From: Saccostrea echinata
Taxonomy: Eukaryota
Direction: 5' to 3'
DNA length: 64,000 bases
Assembly (NCBI RefSeq): GCF_033153115.1
Contig: NW_026889761.1
Coordinates: 6,510,001-6,574,000 of the forward strand
The first letter of the stretch is position 1. The number at the start of each line of letters is the position of its first letter. Positions 39,784 through 50,277 of the stretch are shown here, piece by piece. Made by a program: the position numbers and the translations under genes. The notes beneath the pieces were generated by a model. It saw only the letters and a program-made list of their open reading frames with translations. It did no database searches and was not told where the DNA came from.

Positions 39784-41012
39784 TCAATAAAAGACAATCA
39801 AAAAAATTGTTTCGTTAATGAAATGGACATTGATTTCCTCACTTTCATACACTGAGTACTTGTTTCTATGGTAGTTGTATTCACTACAAAATTAAGATTT
39901 TTTTCAATGTTTTTTTTAATATGACAATTAATTGTCATTTACAAATGTCAATTAAAAAAAATTAAAAATTTTATAGAAAGTTGTCAGTCTTTTCTGTCTA
40001 TCTGTCAAAAATTTCGGACCCTTTATTGGAATGGATTCCAACTGTTGTTATGCTTTTGACCATGATCTACATATATAACTAACGCATGGTCATACATCTT
40101 AAGTTGACGGTCATGAGGGCAATGGGATTTTGGCATCAATATACATTTTTTAAAGTCTCCAACTTTTTAACCTTTGATTTCTACGATACATACAAAAAAA
40201 ATCTCAATAACTCCGATTTCCCATGGAGAATAAAAAATGCAAAAAGCATGGAAGGTTTTTTGAGACAATAAACGATAATTGAAAAAAAAATACACAAATA
40301 TAACCAAACAAATATCAACAAATACAAAAATATCATACTCTCCTCTATGATTATTAAGTTTTTGAAAAACCATTTGTGCCATCTTCGAACCATTAATATA
40401 AGATTAAATACCGGTACAAGATAATTGTAAAACAAACATAAAGCCCGTTCTTGTTTAATTTAGTAGATGCTTTTGTTAATTTGTTTCAGTCTTTATTATA
40501 ATCACGTTCCAAAGAAATGTTGAATGTTGGAATAAGATGTTACATACACTTTTACCTCAATGTCTTGGAAGATTGATATAGGAAAAAAAAACAACAACCT
40601 TAAAGGGGTCGAATTTAGATTATTCCGAAATAAATAAACAAACAAACGATTTTCGTTTTCTTAAGAGCACTTGTTTTTGTCTGGTGAGAAAGAATTCAAA
40701 TCAGGCTTTCAATCTGCAACTTATTGTCGTCTAAGAATTTTATATGAAAATGCGCATGACATAATTTTTATTACGACCACAATCGTACTTGTTGAGTTGG
40801 CGTTGTCCTCTGTTTTGTTTACCGATACAATTAGCACTCATTTATTCTGGGCAGATCTGAGTTCTTGTAAATCTTTGTTGAATTTATTTTGAAACTATAA
40901 TATTAATAGCGTATAGGTTAATGGATACATAAATTGGTTGCTTTGGGAAAAAGGCATGAAGAACAAATGAGGATATTACGTGATTCAAAGATGGCGGAAT
41001 TCAAAATTCAAT

Positions 41013-44000
41013 ATGGTGCGTGACTGGGTTTTAAGTTTATTTTTCCTTTGGAATATTTTCATCCACCATCAAGCGACCGCACAAAATCACGAACAGTAAG
41101 TATTTTTTATGTAATATGTAATAATACAGAGAACGCAATACTTCTCAGTAATATACCTATCAAATAATATTAATTTTACAGTGCATAATTTATAACTTTA
41201 TATTGTAAACATTAAACCCTATCAAAGTCTGGTGTCATTACAGATAAGTATAACAATTAAAACTGTGTTTTGCCTTAAATTCCTTAAAATTTGTTATATC
41301 AAAATATACTGTAATATAGGCCCTATAAATAGGATATACCTGTATGTCATATACCTGCTGTATAAACCCGTATACGTAAATATTTTAAATCTGTCATTTA
41401 ATCAAATTTGAATCAGCTTCCAATAGATAATTCCAATCTCTATCGAGTTTATTTTCAAAATGGTATAACTGTGAAACCAGAGTAGTTCCGCAATTCGTTT
41501 TTTTTTTTTTTTTTTTTTTTTTTTATCAGCATGTACATTATTAATGACCGAGTTTTATTTAAGAGTTTTGCAGATTCACTTTCCGAGTGTTACGATCGCA
41601 GCCCAGAAGAATGGTTACCTATCGGCATCTGTAAGTCAAGTTTAGACTTCTCATTTAAAAGTTAATTAAAATATCGATTTTCCGGAAGCATAAAACATTT
41701 ACTTTATGTAAATTTTAATTTCTGATAATAAAACAGAGCATGGCGTACGTTTTATTTAGACAGAAGATGGCGGAAACATTCATATTAACTCCGGAGGAAA
41801 CACAACTGGTGTTTATTTTGAAAATGTGAACTTGTTCAGAATTATCCAAGTAAGAGCTAAAACATCCCATGGATGAACTTCTTTACATATAATTAAGGAT
41901 GAAGAATACTAAGCCATCTTACTCTACATCTGAAATTAACAGAATGTAATATTAAGTTATACAGACTAAATAATCTGTCTTTTTGCTATGAGACAGTATA
42001 CATATGTATATATAGTTTTATGGAAAATTTCAGCATCATGTTTATTTTTCACTCATCAATATTTCTGCTTTAAGTATCATTATACCAATATTCCTTAATG
42101 TATATCACAATTGCACCTGTCTGTCTTAATCAAGATTGCCTTGAGTCTTCCTCCTGTGTGGATAAACCATACGGACATTGGATACTCTGGAAGATTTGAG
42201 GGCGGAAAACATTTTGAAATTCCCTTAAAATTAATGGTAAGTCCCAACTTCTTTAAAGACTCTTAAAGTATCCTCCTCACTGAAAACTTGCCTTACCTTA
42301 TTTAACGTTTCTGTCAAAATAATTTATTCATATTTTTTCCTACGTCACATAATATATTTCACAGGTACCTCCACAACTTTTTTTTAATGGCAGGCATATC
42401 AGTGTGACTGTCAAAGATCTGGTGTTCTATAATAGTTTTTTTCCCCCTAATCTCTTCTGCTGTGTATTTTTTGCTTTCCGTCGTTTACTTTTCCATTTTC
42501 AATGTTATTATAATATTTTTGTATTCCTCCTTAAAAAATAAAATAAATCAATAGAATAAATATATAGCTCAGTCGCCTTGGCTTCGTACTTATAAAAGAT
42601 AACAAAGAACCATAAAATACTTTTTACAGGTACCTGGATCCGGAAATCTGACTTTTGAAATTGTTGCTGGATCACTTCCACCTGGAGTGTTCCTTGATTC
42701 AGGAAACCGCCGGGTATCCGGTATTGTACCAGATCACGATGCTGAGTACACCTTCACTGTAAGAGCTAAAACCGAATATGGAAAGTTTGCAGATGCCATT
42801 TTCCGATTTGATTCCTACGGTAAACGCCTGGAGATCTATAAATCGTTATAAATTGATACTTGTTTTTGAAGCATACAACTGGTGATACTCTTACAGAATA
42901 TTCTGATGGATAATTTTTCTGTTTTAGAATCGGACCAATGTCAAGAAGACCCATGTCACAATAATGGTTTCTGTAACGATACACGTGAAGGCATAGGCTA
43001 CACGTGCATATGTAATGGGCAATATGGAGGACTTCAATGTGATACAGGTTATAATGTACTCTCTCAAACCATTGTTAATATACACATGTATCAAAGTCAA
43101 CAATAATGATCAACAAGAGGTTTATAGCCTACATCAAATTTTGAGCAAAGACTTACACGAGTTTATACTAACTTTTCAAATATCCCACCATTGTTTTGAA
43201 CTGAATCATGATATATGCTTAGCTTATGTTAATATGTTTTACGGTATGACCATTGTGGCGAGCGCAGTTGTACCATCAAAAACCTACATAATTATGTATA
43301 CATGTACACAGCTTACACTTGCAACGTTGATGGATCCGCCTCTTCAAACTTCAAGAGACACAGTCTAGACTGTGACGTCACATGAAGTCGGAATTTACGG
43401 AGACAGCCGAACGTCTGGTTGAACGAGACTAGAGGGTCTTGTGCAATCATAAATAAAATACGTTGTAGAGTAGATGCAATTATTTTTTTGTTTCTTTTAA
43501 GCTCTCTGCAAAGAAATAAAAATAAACGTATCTCTTGGTAAGGAACAATTATCCTTGGTCTTTTGTATGTTTTGTAATAATTTCGCATGGAACCCTGGTA
43601 GCGAAGGAATTCTGGGAATGTTGCACCAGAAAATTTGCTTGACGTGTGTACAGATTTCGTTCCGAATTTCCTCTGTTCTTACACGTTAGTCTATTGAGCT
43701 CGCTGCGCTCACTATGGATATGAAGAGTCCATAATGATAATATAATTCTGGTAATTTATCCTAGATTGTAGATTAAACAGTCTAGAAATTAGAAACATAA
43801 ATGTAATACCGGATGCTCAGCTATCAGCATACTTATCACGAAATCAGTCAATGGCTACGGAGGCAAGATTTGATAACGAGGCTTCATCCGGGTGGTGTGG
43901 AGAAAACGCAAACTCTTGGATACAAGTAGATTTGGGTAGGTCATTGACTTTAAAAGGCTTTGTTGACAAAATAAATCCATGATTACATGATGATGTTATA

Positions 44001-44718
44001 AAAATAGTTTTGAAACATGTATTATATACTATACTCATTACAGGTGATAAGGGGAGAATATTTGCTGTGACCACTAAGTCTGGGGACAGTAACCGATTGC
44101 TGCAATCTTTCACTCTGTCTTGTAGTACCGATGGTACCAGATTCTCAGACATTCTGGATACTAACAATACAATAGCTTACGTAGGTTGTTATACAAAATA
44201 ATTTTTTTGGAAAGTGGCGCATGACAACCAGATACTTACTAGTTAGATGTATGTATCCTTCTAACGAAAAGCAAACGAATTTAAACTTCAGCTCGCTGTT
44301 GGCAAACAGATCTTGCTGAGAGGTTATTTTTTTGCAAGGTCAATGTCACATGGTGATGAATTCAAAAGTATGTCGCACGTTGTGTCGGATGTACAATGTA
44401 GGTTGTATTGAAAAACATTCATTGAAATATTCTGCAGTCCAAAATATGACAGTGTTTCACATTTTTTTTTTAGAATGTTTCAAAATATTAGGTCAATGTC
44501 TCACTATTAAGATCCGATTAACACGGCAAAGGGTAAAGGTGGAAAAGAGAAAACAAAAGTAAAATTGATTCTTTTTACTTCAGGAATTTTCCAGTGGTAT
44601 TGGGGCATTAACGCAGCCCCTTCCTGACCCGGCCACGTGTCGGTTTGTGAGACTTCATCCCAAGTCCTACAAAGGTCATCCGTGTCTGATGTTTGAACTT
44701 CATGGTTGTGTTCCTTAA
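41013..44718 (+). CDS. Cluster gene E (beta-type intron pattern, divergent orphan): same architecture, 364 aa
   Basis: Exons 41013-41095, 41564-41630, 41760-41849, 42135-42236, 42630-42819, 42928-43047, 43765-43935, 44044-44180, 44584-44718. Motifs SLPPVW, AGSLPPGVFLD..YTFTVRA, CQEDPCHNNGFC, IPDAQLSA..WIQVDLG..CRFVRLHP..CLMFELHGC. AATAAA at ~44767. Confidence 0.9.
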
Positions 44719-45825
44719 AGTAAACTAGTAATCTGCACGTGACTCATTCTTTAAAATAATTTAACGAATAAATCTTTTAAAACATTACATTGTATATTGT
44801 TTATTCTTCCTTCTGAATCAATGCGTTAAAACGATTGTCTGTTGGCAACCTTTCACTAATAAATGCGTAAATCCGACTTCTCTCTTGTCCTCATACGATT
44901 GCATGCAAGCATTGTTCTCTTCTTTTGATGAATATACATACCTTTTACATTTATCAATCTTTTAAGTCTAAAATTTTTTTCATCGAAATACTTTTGCTGA
45001 ATACTGTTTAATTTTACACAGGACTTGAAAGGACAATATTGTAACTGGGGTATTGAGAGCCCCCTCCCGTTTTTGAAAATAGTTTTTCGCTGTAGTTTTA
45101 AAATAAAAATTTTCAACATTCATTTAAAGGCTGCTTGCCCCCTGAACCATTTCTTGGTGCAGTAAGTCGAACTATTGTAAATCAATTCTAGCTCTGGAAA
45201 AAATAATAAACGAAAAGAAAAAAGATTGTAACATCTCCCCCCCCCCCCCCCCCCAAGAAATATGATTTCGAGTTTGGGCAGTTAAGGTATTTCTTAATTC
45301 ATATTTTTTTTCCTTGTCAAAATTTTTAGAACCTCTACCCTCTCCACTTTTTGAAAAACGTTGCCACTATGGGCCTTTTTCACTCTTTTAAAGATTGATA
45401 GACATTTTTAAATAAAAAGCTACGTTTAAAAGTAGGCTATGTGTAATTTAAGAAAAATAATTTTGTGGCCTTCCTTCAGATTTCTATTTTTTTCTATCCC
45501 AGTAGCGTTACATGTTCGTACAATGATTTAGCGCTATAACTTGAAACTTGGGAATCGAAGGGTTTGATGCAGTAGTGGCTCATTTTTGCCTTGGTATCCC
45601 CAGTTTCTCGATGGCCAAGTCGTTTAGGAGGATAGGATTAAGGAAAATCTTTGGAAAGCCATGGAAGAAGTAAGTTAGCACTTTAATTAAAACTTCTTGG
45701 CTGCTGTGAAATAAAGACAAAAGGAACGCTAGGGTTTTAGCTACCTTCTGGTAAAATTACAAATACATGTATGTAGTGTAGTTTTTAAGAATTGCTTAGT
45801 TACTTAATACGACGACTTTATTTAA

Positions 45826-46894
45826 AGCGACAGTACGGCTGCAAAATGTGTGCTTTTTCATTCAAATTTACCCAATATATCATTAAGAAATAAGGAATAA
45901 AGTTGATGTAAGCAGTTTGAGAAACAGAAATATTCTCTCCTCATACAAAATAAACGTAATTAGAATCTGCCGGAAAATCAAGGGTCGTACGAACTGGAGC
46001 AATCTTAGATCTGTTTAATTATTTGTACCACGTGAATTCTAAAACGGCACGTGCCTACAGTGTAGAGTTTACAATGTATAATGAATATGAGGTAAAAACA
46101 ATTTTCAAACGCAAACTATCATAACTTTCTAATAAAATAATCTAAAATGATAATCGTAAAGATTTTAGTCTGCTTTCAGACGAATTTAACAGAATTAAAA
46201 GTACAAATGTTGACGTTTTGTGTATTGGGGTCTGAGAAAGGAAGAAACCACCAAATTATACGTTATCGCGGCAAATGTCAAACAAAATATTTTTCTGCAC
46301 AGTTAAAAAAAATTAGCATTTCAAATGGCAACAATGATTATAAGTCAAAGGCGTATTTTTATGTAGAGTTTACACTAATTTTTTTTCTTTGAAAACTAAT
46401 TTTTTTTCGTTTGAAAACGATGGAAAAATGAGAAATAACAAGTACCCACAAACCTGTCGAGTTGAACCTTCGCGAGCCCTGCGTGAGTGTCGCCGAGTTC
46501 CCGTTCCTTCCTTATCCAACGATCATATTAATCCCCAAACTAAATTTTATTCAGGAAAGTTGCTTTTTAAGCTCTATTTTCAGTTTCTTTTTCTTTTTGG
46601 TCGACTTTGTCAATGTAGCAGGCCAACCGGGCTTCCCTCTCTTACCATGCTGTTTTGTTTATAAAAAATACGCATGCGTGCATAGCATGGAATGTGGAAC
46701 CCCGAACACGTTGCGATGTATATATTTATGTCCCATAAATAACTATTAATTTTAATGAAATAATCAAAATTATTTAATTGTGAAAGTTGTAATTTTCTGA
46801 AAGTTTATACATTTATGAGTAGTAAAAAAATTCCAAATCTTGTCGGAAAATTTTATCAAGTCAGTTTTTTGGTGAGATGTGCCGTACTGTCACT
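45826..46894. mobile_element. Putative non-autonomous TIR element (Kolobok-like MITE)
   Basis: ttaa+agcgacagtacggc on the left and gccgtactgtcact on the right (14-bp TIR, 1 mismatch). The right-hand TTAA is not intact. Confidence 0.5.
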
Positions 46895-47379
46895 TTTCAC
46901 TTTTGAAACTAAATGAAGCAATTTTTTATTCAGGTTTAAAAATAGCTGAGGAAAAAAGTTACACTCCACTTTTTATTCCGTGACATTACGGAAACCAAAG
47001 AGATGACATTTCAGGCTTTCGGGAAAGCAAAACTTGTAATTATTACGTTTTTTCTTTACAAGCGACATTTTTCTGATTAAAAGAAAATAAATCCTGCAAC
47101 GCCCGAGAGTTATCATTCTTCACTACTGCATTATTTAAATGACAACACATGGGACCGCATTCATTCAGTTGTATTAATTTTATAACCGTATTATCCTCTT
47201 TTCAGTGCATTACATTTTCCAGTTTGAACAGATTTTATGCTTCTTTTTAAAAATCTTCAGTATTTTATTTTATTTTTCAAATATAATTTTTATTTAGCAT
47301 CAAATTTTAAAACAAATAATCAGTAAACATAATCATATTACCAATTATATAATTGTTTTCATATTAACTTCCTTTATTG

Positions 47380-48598
47380 TTAATAGTTTTTATGAGATTT
47401 GTCTTTCTCTGAAGAGCTAAGCTTGGTAGCGAGAGCAATTTCATGTAGAAGAGAACCCAACCCATAACCCAGCACAGAGGCCGACTTCATGTTATAAGCC
47501 TTAAATGACGGATGGATAGACACCACGATTGGTCGCCCTTTCAATCCTGCAATGGTGGATTTCTTAGACTTGGTGTGTACATAACGCCATTTCTTATGCG
47601 AAGGAAGGAATGTGGACTCAGGAGGCAACCTTCTTGCATACTTTTTCCAGTAGGATTTTACCCTTCTTTTTGGTGGATATCTTGCCTTGAATTTTCGTTT
47701 TTTATCTATTGGAAAACCGTGCAGCATCCATCTGTATCCCGACCTTGTTCCCAGGTCATAATGGTGTTTTCTTGGTTGATAACGATGTCTTTTATTTTTA
47801 TCTTGGTATTTACGATGGAACTTTTTTGGAACTACTTTTTTCAACGGATACTTTCGTCTGTGAAAGTAATCTTTACCTTCCGGTTTTCTTCTTTTTGGAT
47901 AAGATTTCCATGTTCCGGGTTGAATGTTGTTATCATTGTCGTCAGATTTCAGCGATTTTACAGACTTGAAGGATTTGAAATGTCTCAACTTCTTTCTACC
48001 TGAATGAAGTTTTCGGCCATAGTGAGAAACTCGGACCGATCGGTAGCGCATTTTTGTAGCATCACTAATGATCACTAAAAATACATTGAAGAATATATTT
48101 AAAACGTAAATATACCGTAACCTCAGAAGCAATACTTCTGTATTTGTGAACTTTGGACTTCGTTTTTTTTTAAACGAAAAAGATCCTTTTCATGCCCAAA
48201 GAATCTGGGGGAATAAGACGAGCCATGTGCCCATGCCCATTTTTCGGCTATGCAAGAACATTTATTGGAAAAAATCTCTCAATTGTTCGAATTTACTTAA
48301 GCATTTTAATGTTTGCAGTAGTTCTCAAAATGATATTTATATTCTAAACAAGCTAAACAGTTTACTTTCATTTACTGTCACAAGTGTCTAACATGGGTAG
48401 GGACTTCTATTAATTAATCTGCATATTGAGTGTTAACACTTATTGTGGAGATATCATAAAAATGTTAACATTGTATATAATGATAGTGGTGATCTAGAAG
48501 CGCTTGTAGTAAAAATAAATAAAAATGGGAATGAAAGTATTCAAATATCGATTCTAATTTTTATCCGGCATTCTAAATAATTTACTGTAAATGAGTTC

Positions 48599-48688
<90 letters not shown>

Positions 48689-49438
48689 TTTATTTCCAGT
48701 GAAAAATATGTTATTCCTATAGACATTTTTTATAAAGTAAAAAAAAAAAAATTAACCCCCTCCCCAAAAAATAAAAAATAAAAAAATCATGACTCGAACA
48801 CTTTCCTCAATAAACGTCCCTTTAAAGAGCTCCTCGCTAACCACTATACCACGGAGTCACACATACATGTACATACCCATTTAAATAGCATACAGTTCTC
48901 TATATTTAGCAAGCGTATTTGGACTTAGAATTTTTTAAGACCACGGTGAAAATTTAAGTAAGTTAACTTAATTTTTTATGTAGAGTAGGTCTTCGTACCA
49001 AATTTTTGCAAGTGTAAAAAGCAACATCTTTCCATTGCCTTTCATTAATCGTTCTCAAAAAAATGGTACGATGACCCACTCTATTTAAAAAATGTAGTTA
49101 TATCATCCAATTTATGTCATTTTTTGTGAAAATTGAGCGTGATGCCATTTTTTTGTGTTAATCAGAATCAATTTCGCTGTTACAGTATTCAGGTTTTGTC
49201 AAATTTGTATCCAAATGGTAATAAGCATTACACTAATTCAACAAAAAGTGAATTTTTTTAAAAATGAATTTATTGATTTTTTATCGATCGTTATGTAGGC
49301 ATATGGCTCGGCTTATCCCCCCAGTTTCTTTAAAATAATCAAAAAATATATAATTATAAGAGACTAGGAGTCTTAGAGATATAAACAAATACCTGCTAAA
49401 CTCAGGAGTAGAAATATTCCAAGGATATACTTGGGCAT
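47380..49438 (-). CDS. Secreted Lys/Arg/Tyr/His-rich basic protein, 246 aa, 2 coding exons
   Basis: Exon 49438-49393 (MPKYILGIFLLLSLA, phase-1 donor) splices to 48074-47380 (VIISDATKMRYRS...HKNY*), giving a clean signal peptide. The mature chain has no Cys. Confidence 0.85.
48604..48685. repeat. (TA)n microsatellite, ~40 units
   Basis: Directly visible in the intron of the basic-protein gene. Confidence 0.98.
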
Positions 49439-50277
49439 TTCTACTGGCTTTTTCGAGCACCTGCTCAGCCCAACTATGGACCTTATGTAGCACAACTATG
49501 TACGGTCTATACGAAAGTGGCTAGTACACTTGTCATATCTATAGGATTACGCACCAGATGCCCTTTATTTAAGATGTAGAAAACTTCCCTTTTCGTGTTA
49601 AACCATTTTTCTACATCGTTAATTTGGTTCAATCATTCATCAATTAGTGTTAATAAAATAAAACCCGTTATGTTTACCTCATATATACCTTTATATAAAC
49701 GTGTAAAGGAGTTATCTCAACGGGAATTGTGTAATATGTGTCTTATTCTAGCAAATCCTAACCCGCTGTAGTTTGTAACTACAAAATGTACCTCTCTCTA
49801 TATATCTTTTTTTTTTCATCATGAATAACTTTTGCAAAGTGAAACGGAAAAAAAATTATAACAGAATGTAGTTTTTGTTTTTAGTAAACATGTTGAGATT
49901 GATTAAAATATATCTTCGTTTCATGGTAATTGTCTTCATTTTAAAACATTTGAAAAGTAATTTTGTAGAACTACCCACCTACAGGTACCTGTACAGTTTA
50001 GGTGGACCACCAGAAAACAACAGATCCGTCCTTTGAAATTAAATTGAACAAAAGAGTTTGCAATGTTGGGGAGTTAAGTCTCGGAAGCAAAAAGCTGCCA
50101 TCTTAGAATGTTAACCATATGTTTCTAACATCTTCTATTACTATCTCTACAGCAAAACTTTTAATCGTTTTACTGAACCTGATATATTTGGCCTGTTTAT
50201 AATGCCTGAAAGATGCCGAAGAGTTGTTGATCATGCTTTGCAACTATAACAAAAGACTATAAAGAGGATGCTTTGTT

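Noticed and set aside
47512-48003. Hydrophobic 163-aa plus-strand ORF
   Set aside because: It is the antisense shadow of the Lys/Arg-rich exon.
48075-48132. N-terminus of the listed 250-aa ORF (MLLRLRYIYV...)
   Set aside because: It lies upstream of a good acceptor at 48075 and lacks a true ATG; the exon at 49438-49393 supplies the start and signal peptide.
48541-48726. YI-repeat ORF
   Set aside because: It is a translation of the (TA)n microsatellite.
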